Shown here in pieces: positions 18,044-28,009 of a stretch of 32,000 nt of DNA; the first letter of the stretch is position 1; the number at the start of each line of letters is the position of its first letter. Location of the stretch: NCBI RefSeq assembly GCF_007748075.1, contig NZ_CP036280.1:2820001-2852000 (forward strand), written 5' to 3'. Origin of the DNA: Mucisphaera calidilacus (lineage in GTDB: Bacteria > Planctomycetota > Phycisphaerae > Phycisphaerales > Phycisphaeraceae). Both the position numbers and the translations under genes were made by a program. Under the pieces are notes generated by a model, which was not told where the DNA came from, made no database searches, and saw only the letters and a program-made list of their open reading frames with translations.

Positions 18044-19498
18044 TTAGGGCTGGGTCACAAAGACATTCCGTCTCATCTCGTGCGCAACACGCTCTTCGGC
18101 CAACCGCATCTGCTCGCGGGCAACCGGCAGCAACGCATCAACGTCATCGATTCCCCTCGCCACGGCGTGCCGGTAGACCGCGCTGACCGCGATACCCAGC
18201 TCGTCGATCGCCATCTGATTAAAGGGCGAGCTGGTGCGCAGCGGGACTTCCTCGGCGTGCTCGATATACAACAACCCGCTCCGCTGCCCGGAGAAGTAGT
18301 CAAAACGCTTGCGATAGAAGGGCTTATCCCACAGGCTCTTGACCGGCGAAATGATGTGAACCGACTCAAACAAGGACCGCGCACACGCCTCCGAGAGATA
18401 GATCTCCTTGGCGAACTCCCAGCAGACCTCCTTGTGCTCGGAAGCCTTGTTGATCGCGAGCATCGTGCCACCCATGACCGACGCCCGCCGTCCGCCCGGA
18501 TCCCAGGCTGGCAGCGGCATGATCTTCATCTTCCCGTGGAACTGCGGAAACTGCGTGATGTACGCTCCCGCCAGCCAGTCGGGCATCAGGGTTGCCACCA
18601 CGTGACCACGCGTCTTGATGACGTGGCCGGACGCATTGGTGTGACTGGCATCGATCATGATGCGATCCTCGCCGAGACACCAGGTCACGAGTGTGGCGGC
18701 GACACGGGCATTGGCCTCGCTGTCGAGGATCAGGCGTTCCTGCTGATCGAACGTGCCGCCACCCGCTTGCAGACAGAGCGCGTAGATATGCGGCGTCGAG
18801 GTGTACCAGAAGTCGAGGAGGTATCGATCGGTGATGCCGTCACCATCAAGATCGGAGATCAGCGGGCTCATGACCCGGATAAAGTCCTCCCACGTCTCGA
18901 TGGTCGAGACGTCGATGCCGGCAGCCTCGACGATGTCTGCCCTGTAGCCCAGCAGAACGGGGTGAACATCGTGCGGCAGGCCGAAGATGCGCCCCCGCGA
19001 GGTCCACGGGCTGAAGGAGGCCTCGTTGATCTGCTCGTAGATGCCCTCCTCCTTGAGTCGATCCGTCAGGTCCACGAAACCGATCTCATCGAGCGGCCCC
19101 GAGAAAAAGAGGCCCGAGTAGCTCTCGGCGATCTCCATCATCGCCGCCACCGGTGTGTCCGACCAGAAGCCTGCCAGGGCCCGCCGAACCATCGGGTCGG
19201 CCCCGATCATGAAGATGTGGATCTGCTCGTCTCTGCTCGCGCCGGGCCGATCCTCGTTCCATGCCTCAACGACCGGCCGGTACATCTGCTCGTGGATATC
19301 GGCGAAGACCCAGAATTCAATACCCGGCCGCTGAGGAATCGGCCAGAACCAGACCGCGATGGTGGTGATCAGCCCGATGACGACGATGACACGCGTGCCC
19401 GTCGAGATGTGCTCGATCGACTGTACCAGCCCCACCAGTAGGTCTCTGGGTAGGCTGATCAGAGCGGTCAGGCGCTCCGTGAGATTCGATTGACTCAT
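18044..19498 (-). CDS. Membrane-anchored extracellular solute-binding protein (family 1, sugar-type ABC SBP-like)
   Basis: 484 aa with an N-terminal TM helix (VIVVIGLITTIAVWFWPI). The rest resembles family-1 SBPs (IEFWVFADIHEQMY..., GLPHDVHPVLLGYRADIVEAAGID, ETWEDFI, MGGTMLAINKASEHKEVCWEFAKEI). No permease or ATPase gene is adjacent. Confidence 0.6.
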   Translation of the reverse strand: MSQSNLTERLTALISLPRDLLVGLVQSIEHISTGTRVIVVIGLITTIAVWFWPIPQRPGIEFWVFADIHEQMYRPVVEAWNEDRPGASRDEQIHIFMIGADPMVRRALAGFWSDTPVAAMMEIAESYSGLFFSGPLDEIGFVDLTDRLKEEGIYEQINEASFSPWTSRGRIFGLPHDVHPVLLGYRADIVEAAGIDVSTIETWEDFIRVMSPLISDLDGDGITDRYLLDFWYTSTPHIYALCLQAGGGTFDQQERLILDSEANARVAATLVTWCLGEDRIMIDASHTNASGHVIKTRGHVVATLMPDWLAGAYITQFPQFHGKMKIMPLPAWDPGGRRASVMGGTMLAINKASEHKEVCWEFAKEIYLSEACARSLFESVHIISPVKSLWDKPFYRKRFDYFSGQRSGLLYIEHAEEVPLRTSSPFNQMAIDELGIAVSAVYRHAVARGIDDVDALLPVAREQMRLAEERVAHEMRRNVFVTQP

Positions 19499-19530
19499 CG
19501 GATATTACTCGCAGATGCGATACTGATTTT

Positions 19531-19558
19531 CTTGTCATAACGATTATATCGAGACAAG
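19531..19558 (-). promoter_or_regulatory. Candidate -10 box flanked by a 6-bp inverted repeat, upstream of the SBP-like gene
   Basis: A perfect TATAAT on the minus strand (19543-19548) lies 45 nt upstream of the ATG at 19498, inside an AT-rich patch. It is flanked by CTTGTC (19531-19536) and GACAAG (19553-19558). No good -35 hexamer was found. Confidence 0.35.
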
Positions 19559-19572
19559 ACGTTCAATGAGTA

Positions 19573-20364
19573 TTAATCCAGTTTGAAGAATACCCGACCC
19601 TCACGTTCATGGTGGTCGGCGCAGGGGCTGTTCAGGTCTCGACGGGCGCATGCAGTAATGACCGCGCAGATCAGGCTGTCCAGGGCGTCGCCCCCCGAGT
19701 TATCCAGCAGCCGACGTCGCAATCTGTCCGGCACATCAAGCACACGCTTCGTCATCAGCCAGTCGAGGATCACCGCTCGCTGCTTACGGTGCTCGGCTGA
19801 ACGCCCCTTGTAAGGCCTGAGTTCGAGTTCACCGACCCGGCCCGCAGTGCGAAGCGATGACGCGGGACATGCCTCGATCAGGACGTGCTGATCATGCGAT
19901 GCGTCCATCATGGGTTGAACGCTTGCAGCATGACGCTTCACAAGCGGTCTGATGACGCGGGTGATGACGGCATGAGTCTGCCGGTACATCCTCAGGTTCC
20001 CCGGCGCGAAGGGGGTGCTCGCCTCGGTGTCACACTTGCGTTTCTCGTCCCGGATCTGTTCGCGGAGTTGATCGGCTGTCAGGTCACAGTCGCGAACGAA
20101 TCGCTCATAGCCATCGGGCATAAAACGTAGCGGGACCGAGAGCGGTGCATCGATGCCGATGATGGCAGGCGGTTGTTGGCAAAGAGAATCAACAAGTGCG
20201 GGGAGGCAGTCGTCAGGCGAGGGTGTCACGCTGAGGAGCGAAGCGAGATCGGACACTTCGAGGATTCGGAGGGCGTCGTCGTTGATGTGTGCCCGCGTGA
20301 TCCAGATGCGTCGCCCGGCATCTCTGGCGGCGGAGAAATCGATGCCGAGGATCGAATTGAGCAT
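19573..20364 (-). CDS. DUF429-family protein (predicted RNase H-like fold nuclease)
   Basis: 263 aa. The motif order matches my recollection of DUF429: N-terminal ILGIDFS, IIGIDAPLSVPL, KRKCDTEA, LIEACPASSL, and the C-terminal GDALDSLICAVITA. Not verified by any search. Confidence 0.55.
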   Translation of the reverse strand: MLNSILGIDFSAARDAGRRIWITRAHINDDALRILEVSDLASLLSVTPSPDDCLPALVDSLCQQPPAIIGIDAPLSVPLRFMPDGYERFVRDCDLTADQLREQIRDEKRKCDTEASTPFAPGNLRMYRQTHAVITRVIRPLVKRHAASVQPMMDASHDQHVLIEACPASSLRTAGRVGELELRPYKGRSAEHRKQRAVILDWLMTKRVLDVPDRLRRRLLDNSGGDALDSLICAVITACARRDLNSPCADHHEREGRVFFKLD

Positions 20365-20381
20365 AGGTTGACGCTAGGCGC

Positions 20382-20419
20382 AAAAAAAGAGCCTCGCAAG
20401 CTTTAGGCTTACGAGGCTC
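20382..20419 (-). terminator. Rho-independent terminator of the 23S-5S unit
   Basis: Minus strand: GAGCCTCG-taagcctaaagcttg-CGAGGCTC followed directly by TTTTTTT (A-run 20382-20388 on the plus strand). The loop itself can extend the stem (AAGC/GCTT). It starts a few nt (about 2-4) after the 5S 3' end. Confidence 0.85.
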
Positions 20420-20421
20420 AT

Positions 20422-20532
<111 letters not shown>

Positions 20533-20710
20533 GCGTGGGCACGGGCTTTCACCTGTGCCCACGATGATTCGCGGATGATTGGGTATGTCCCGTGTCGCTG
20601 TTCAGGCGACACAGGCTAGTGATCTCGAACGCCCGGGTTGGGAGGCGTCGTGATGTGTTGTGGAATGCATGACCGGCGAGACATTAGGCGCGTCTCGGCC
20701 GGTGATCGGA
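20533..20710 (-). other. 23S-5S internal transcribed spacer with three stem-loops (probable pre-rRNA processing stems)
   Basis: Hairpins: GTGGGCACGGG/CCTGTGCCCAC (20535-20562), GTGTCGC/GCGACAC (20592-20612), CCGGCGAGAC/GTCTCGGCCGG (about 20672-20702). No tRNA is present in the spacer. Confidence 0.6.
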
Positions 20711-23468
<2,758 letters not shown>

Positions 23469-23639
23469 ATTCCGACCTCCGGTCGAGTTGCCCCGCCTTC
23501 GGCCTTTCCGATCTGTCGTGCACGATTGACACACAACAATCCCCGACACGGCTCAAACTGGTGCCGCTGACGTCGGGGACAAGCATTCCTCAGAACGCAT
23601 CACACTCGGTATCACAATTGCAATACCCAATTCATCCAC

Positions 23640-23651
23640 TTGTCAAAGAAC
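23640..23651 (-). promoter_or_regulatory. boxA-like antitermination element in the 23S leader (alternatively the -35 of a second promoter)
   Basis: The minus strand reads GTTCTTTGACAA, matching 10 of 12 positions of the enterobacterial rrn boxA GCTCTTTAACAA. It lies about 85 nt downstream of the candidate promoter and about 175 nt upstream of mature 23S. Confidence 0.4.
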
Positions 23652-23735
23652 TCATTCGCCGAGGCGAACACCCGTCTTCCAGGCTTCCTTCAACGGGTCA
23701 GACCCGCGTCCGGCTGCCGTTTGGACGAGCCGCGT

Positions 23736-23763
23736 AGAATACCGACTATTAGAGTCGTGTCAA
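23736..23763 (-). promoter_or_regulatory. Candidate sigma-70-type promoter of the 23S-5S unit
   Basis: Minus strand: TTGACA (23758-23763), 16 nt, then TATTCT (23736-23741). It lies in the 510-nt non-coding region upstream of 23S, so the predicted leader is about 260 nt. Confidence 0.45.
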
Positions 23764-23978
23764 GCCACTGATCGTCTCAACCGCCTACTTTTCACAATCG
23801 TGGAGATCGTGTGGAGATCTCCGGGTTATCAGACCCTGATCGCCTAAACAGCCGAATCGGCCATAAACCCATCTAAAATAGATATTTAGGCGAAGAGTAC
23901 CATAAAGTCAGCCGCAGAGACACCGCCAGCGGCAGGCCCGGCGAAACAACCTTGCCGAGCCGCCGCGTGGGGTGGGTC

Positions 23979-24806
23979 TTAGCCCGAAATCGACGAGGCG
24001 CCGCCCGGAGCTTCGGCTTGAAGCTCCTGAGCCTGCAACCGCGCCAGCAACTCCTTGCGCGAGCTGACGCCATACTTCAGGTAGATGCTCTTGACGTGCA
24101 CGTGCACCGTGTGTGGTGACCGGCTCAGCTCATTCGCGATCTGGACCTCCGTCAGCGACTGACGCAGGTAATCGAGCACCACCGATTCCGTGTTGGTCAA
24201 CGCCCTGCGTCCATTGACCTTGGTCAAGACGCGAGGCGGAGCGGCCGACGCGGCCCTGGCCTGGGTCAAACGCGCGGGTAGCCTGCGAATCAGCCCCTCC
24301 ATCACACGCTCGTCCGACTCGACGAACGAGTTCGCGCCTGCCCAGCGGGCGAAAACCACTGTGATGGCGTGGTGGCCGGAGAGCGATATCACCGCAGCCA
24401 GCACGTCGCCAAGCTGTCGGTGGCGAGTGAAACGTCTGAACAAGGCGGCCTGGACCATCGGCGAGATGCCTCGCAGCGCCAGCGGCCGGATCACCTGATC
24501 GTGATGCTCAGCCTCCCCCATGCAATAGCGGATCAACGAACCCTCATCCGTGTGCCACTGCGAGAGATTCAGCGTTCTGGCGATCTCAGGCGACAACCCC
24601 GTGGCAACGGTTCCTTCCGCGGGCAGGCCGGGGAGCGTCGTGTGGGCATAACCCCAGTGCGCCCCGAGTTGCTGCCTGACCATCTCCAGAACCTGGACGA
24701 TGACGGCGTGCTGCGTCGAATCGAGGTATTTCAGGGAATCGCTGCTCATGGGATCCTTATCGCTCAGGTATGTGATGACAGACTGACCAACACCGCTCAT
24801 GGTCAA
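23979..24806 (-). CDS. LuxR-family transcriptional regulator (solo: C-terminal HTH, unassigned N-terminal sensor domain)
   Basis: 275 aa. C-terminal GerE/LuxR HTH: LTNTESVVLDYLRQSLTEVQIANELSRSPHTVHVHVKSIYLKYGVSSRKELLARL. There is no receiver-domain Asp pocket in the N-terminal 200 aa. An alternative start is the ATG at 24749 (MSSDSLKYL...), which has a weak AAGGA upstream. Confidence 0.8.
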   Translation of the reverse strand: MTMSGVGQSVITYLSDKDPMSSDSLKYLDSTQHAVIVQVLEMVRQQLGAHWGYAHTTLPGLPAEGTVATGLSPEIARTLNLSQWHTDEGSLIRYCMGEAEHHDQVIRPLALRGISPMVQAALFRRFTRHRQLGDVLAAVISLSGHHAITVVFARWAGANSFVESDERVMEGLIRRLPARLTQARAASAAPPRVLTKVNGRRALTNTESVVLDYLRQSLTEVQIANELSRSPHTVHVHVKSIYLKYGVSSRKELLARLQAQELQAEAPGGASSISG

Positions 24807-25120
24807 GCGGAACTGTCCAACGACACCAAACAGGTTTCAACGACGTGGGTCTGGCCCGAAACGGATCAAGAACCGAGATACAAAATCCCGAATGCTAGAC
24901 CCGCCCCCGCCATCAGGAAGCCTCAGCTGAACGAATTTGCCTATCTTCCACGAGCATCATCGTGCGAATGATCTTCATTTGCGATGGGAGATATCCACCA
25001 AACCCCCGAACACTGGATAAAAATACTTTAGCTTGAGGCATAAAGCCTTTTAGAGCACAGCCTTAGTCAGCTAGCCAAATGATTATGAAATAATACTCTG
25101 GCAGGCCGGATTGGGTAAAA

Positions 25121-25765
25121 CTACGCACGCATGAGACCCTCGCGGATCGCCCAACGGGACAGATCAACGCGGTTCGTGCATCCGGTTTTGGCCATCGCCG
25201 AGGAGATCTGCTTGTCGACGGTCTTGGTCGAGCGGTAGACCGTCTTGGCGATCTGAGGCGTCGTCATCCCCTGAGCCGCAAGGAGAGTCACTGTGAGTTC
25301 GCGTGGCGAGAGCGCGAGAATCGCCGGAGCGTTATCGGGCCGGTCGGTGCGGTTCACAAAACGCTGGCGGACCTCGTCCGAATAGATCGCGTGTCCCGCA
25401 GCGACGGCATGCAGGCCGTCCACAATGGTCTCTGCCGACTCATTCTTCGTGATAAAGCCCGCAACGCCGATCTTCAGAGCACGCTCGATGTTCACGTCCG
25501 TGGGATACGCACTGAGAATCAACAGCCGAGTGTCAGGCAGCGATTCGATGGCCTGAGAAGCAGAATCCAGAGGATCACCGCCCGGCATATCGAGGTCGCA
25601 CAGGACGATGTCGGGCTTGTGATCCCGGATCTTACTGATAATCTCAGCGGGGTCGTAGACATGGGCCACGACTTCCAGGTCTGGAACCGTTTCAAGTAAT
25701 GAGGAAATACCCTCTGCGACAAGCCTGTGATCATCAACGATGACGATGGAATTGGGGCGATTCAC
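25121..25765 (-). CDS. NarL/FixJ-family response regulator (REC + LuxR-type HTH)
   Basis: REC motifs IVIVDDH, DIVLCDLDMPGGD, LILSAY and KIGVAGFITK. HTH: LSPRELTVTLLAAQGMTTPQIAKTVYRSTKTVDKQISSAMAKTG. The preferred start is the GTG at 25763-25765, because AAGGAG sits 7 nt upstream. This gives (M)NRPNSIVIVDD and a 214-aa protein. The track ORF extends to ATGs at 25810 and 25909, which would overlap the divergent kinase gene. Confidence 0.85.
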   Translation of the reverse strand: MNRPNSIVIVDDHRLVAEGISSLLETVPDLEVVAHVYDPAEIISKIRDHKPDIVLCDLDMPGGDPLDSASQAIESLPDTRLLILSAYPTDVNIERALKIGVAGFITKNESAETIVDGLHAVAAGHAIYSDEVRQRFVNRTDRPDNAPAILALSPRELTVTLLAAQGMTTPQIAKTVYRSTKTVDKQISSAMAKTGCTNRVDLSRWAIREGLMRA

Positions 25766-25808
25766 CCATTTACTCCTTACACCACCATAGTCACAAGATA
25801 GGTCATTC

Positions 25809-27587
25809 ATGAGTCCCGGTTCAAGTCCCGCGGCCACATCAGGGCTTTTTTCTTCGCCCGCTGCCAATGTCTGGGGCTGGAATTGCTTCCAGAGCCTCCC
25901 GGGCATCACCGGTTTTTTCGCGATCTACCTCGTTCTGCACGGGCTGGCCACACACGCCGCTCTGCTGCTGCAGTATGGCGTCGACAAGGGAACCGGCGAC
26001 ATCTCCATGATGTGGGTGCCCACCGGCATCCTGGGCCCGGCCCTGGCTCTGATTCGCCCGAGGCTCTGGCCGCTGCTGCTCGCCGGGGCCGGCCTGACCG
26101 AATACGCCGTCGCGTGGAGCGGAACCATCGGCACACCCGCGGCGACCGACGGGCATTTCCTGAGCTTCCTCACCATCGCGACGCTGGGCAATCTCATGAC
26201 CGCGACCTGCTTCGCGACATGCTTTCGCTGGATGTCACCCCACGCCAATCCCATGATGAGCACCCGTGATTTCACGCTCTACATCCTCGTCGCCATCGGC
26301 GTGGTCACGATCTTCACGTCCACACTCACGACCGGCCTCATCGACCTGAACAACCGACTGCACGACATGCCCTACAACTGGCTGCTCGCCTGGCAGCAGT
26401 GGTGGATGTCCGACCTGACGACACTCATGGTGCTCGCCACACCCATACTGCTTCTGGGTACCGTCGAATACGAACGTGTCATGTCGCCGATACGCTGGCT
26501 CGAAGCTCTGACGCTGCTCGGCCTCGAAGCCGTTTACTTTGGCTGGCACTTCCAGCAGTCGCGAGGCAGCTATCCCCTCTATCACGCCTGGATCACGATC
26601 ATGATCGTGTTCCACCTCTGGGCTGTCACCCGGTTTAACGCCCTGATGCTCAGCCTGGCCAATGTGATCATTGCCGTATCAGCCTTCAGCTCCGCCTCCG
26701 GTAACTCGGCACTCTGGGACAGTATGACCGATGACCCCGTCGGCAAGGCCCTCTACATTCAGGGATTCGTTCTCGGCTGGACGCTGATGATGGGGTTCAT
26801 CATGGCGATTTTCGAGGACCGACGACGCGCCCACGCTCGCGAACTCGAAGCCGAGAAGCAGCTCAGGGCACTCGACCGTGTCGAAGCACTGGGCACGATG
26901 TCGGCGGGCGTCGCCCACGACTTCGGCAACCTGATCCTCGCCATCCGAGCCTACGAATCGACCATCCGCGCCAACATCACCAACCCCTCCGAAAGCCTCC
27001 AGAAAGCCATGCAGGGGCTGGGAGAGTCCGCGGCCACCGCGCAGACGCTCATCCAGGCACTGCTCCACTTCGGGCGTCAGGACCCCAGCGACGAGGAGAC
27101 CGGTTCCACCGACCTCACGCACACGGTTCAAACGACGTGCGAGGCCCTCACGCCTCTGATCGCCGTCAAGTGTGCGCTGCGCTGCGGCATCCCTACCGGA
27201 TCCATCATCGTGCCCATCTCACACAACAACCTCGAACGCGTGCTGAGAAACCTGATCCTCAACGCGCGAGACGCGGCCCGTGGACAAGGGCGCATCGAGA
27301 TGCGCATTGTCCTGCGTGACCAGACCGTCGACGTGCTCGTGCGGGACAACGGCACCGGCATCCCCGCCGACAAACTCGACAAGATCTTCGACCCCTTCTT
27401 CACCACCAAGGCACGCGGCAAGGGAACGGGCCTCGGCCTGTCCGTGGTGATGGGATTGATTCAGGAGGCAGGCGGCTCCGTCCGAGCTGAATCGGTGGAG
27501 GGCGAGGGAACCACCATAACCCTCACGCTGCCCGTCCTGGAGACCACACTCAGTGAGGGCTGCGCCGCAGAGTCGAAGTGTTGCTGA
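25809..27587 (+). CDS. Sensor histidine kinase with N-terminal multi-pass MASE1-like membrane domain
   Basis: 592 aa. The first 330 aa hold about 8 hydrophobic helices, and the early motif [29 protein letters not shown] resembles the MASE1 signature (WPxxG...R.WP). A coiled linker follows, then the H-box [17 protein letters not shown]-box LILNARDA, G1 DNGTGIP and G2 GTGLGLSVV. No in-frame start exists between 25809 and the first TM helix. Confidence 0.85.
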   Translation: MSPGSSPAATSGLFSSPAANVWGWNCFQSLPGITGFFAIYLVLHGLATHAALLLQYGVDKGTGDISMMWVPTGILGPALALIRPRLWPLLLAGAGLTEYAVAWSGTIGTPAATDGHFLSFLTIATLGNLMTATCFATCFRWMSPHANPMMSTRDFTLYILVAIGVVTIFTSTLTTGLIDLNNRLHDMPYNWLLAWQQWWMSDLTTLMVLATPILLLGTVEYERVMSPIRWLEALTLLGLEAVYFGWHFQQSRGSYPLYHAWITIMIVFHLWAVTRFNALMLSLANVIIAVSAFSSASGNSALWDSMTDDPVGKALYIQGFVLGWTLMMGFIMAIFEDRRRAHARELEAEKQLRALDRVEALGTMSAGVAHDFGNLILAIRAYESTIRANITNPSESLQKAMQGLGESAATAQTLIQALLHFGRQDPSDEETGSTDLTHTVQTTCEALTPLIAVKCALRCGIPTGSIIVPISHNNLERVLRNLILNARDAARGQGRIEMRIVLRDQTVDVLVRDNGTGIPADKLDKIFDPFFTTKARGKGTGLGLSVVMGLIQEAGGSVRAESVEGEGTTITLTLPVLETTLSEGCAAESKCC

Positions 27588-27647
27588 CCACACGCTAAAC
27601 TGCCCCGTCGCAGAACGACACACGACGCGGGCTGACCCCTCGCGCTC

Positions 27648-27734
27648 GGTGGGGTGCCAGAGTGGTCGAATGGACTGGTTTTGAAAACCAGCGTACGGTT
27701 CGCCGTACCGTGGGTTCGAATCCCACCCCCACCG
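27648..27734 (+). tRNA. tRNA-Ser (anticodon UGA), type II with long variable arm
   Basis: Manual fold: GGTGGGG-TG-CCA-GAGTGGTCGAA-TGG-A-CTGGT-TTTGAAA-ACCAG-CGTACGGTTCGCCGTACC-GTGGG-TTCGAAT-CCCAC-CCCCACC-G (87 nt). It closely parallels E. coli tRNA-Ser(UGA). CCA is not encoded. Confidence 0.9.
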
Positions 27735-28009
27735 CTTTCAGCCAACTTATTCATGACAAACACGACCGCTCGCGACGCAAGCAAGGCATGAAGTCAACCT
27801 CGGTGGGATGCGAACACACCGCGGCAGGCGCAGCCTGACGCAACGTGGGGTCGACACCGACCTGTCGGGGCCGCGAAGCGAATCCCACCCCCACCGCTTT
27901 CAGCCAACTTATTCACGACAAACACGACCGCTCACGACACGAGCAAGGCATGGAGTCAACCCCGGTGGGATGCGAACACACCGCGGCAGGCGCAGCCTGA
28001 CGCAACGTG
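27717..28009 (+). repeat. Tandem direct duplication (two 131-bp copies, 162-bp period) starting in the T-loop of tRNA-Ser
   Basis: Copy A is 27717-27847 and copy B is 27879-28009. Manual alignment gives a constant offset of 162 nt, no indels, and 6 substitutions, all transitions. Each copy starts with CGAATCCCACCCCCACCG, the last 18 nt of the tRNA. A unique 31-nt spacer (27848-27878) lies between the copies. Confidence 0.9.

Noticed and set aside
23641-23646. The second TTGACA hexamer as a definite P2 promoter
   Set aside because: No convincing -10 lies at 16-18 nt (only TATTGC/TTGCAA). The hexamer is embedded in a 10/12 boxA-like match. It is kept as an alternative interpretation, not as a called promoter.
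27879-27896. Possible second (pseudo-)tRNA at repeat copy B
   Set aside because: Only the last 18 nt of tRNA-Ser are present (half of the T-loop, the 3' T-stem strand and the 3' acceptor strand). The sequence upstream (GGGTCGACACCGACCTGTCGGGGCCGCGAAG) cannot form the T-stem, anticodon arm or D-arm.
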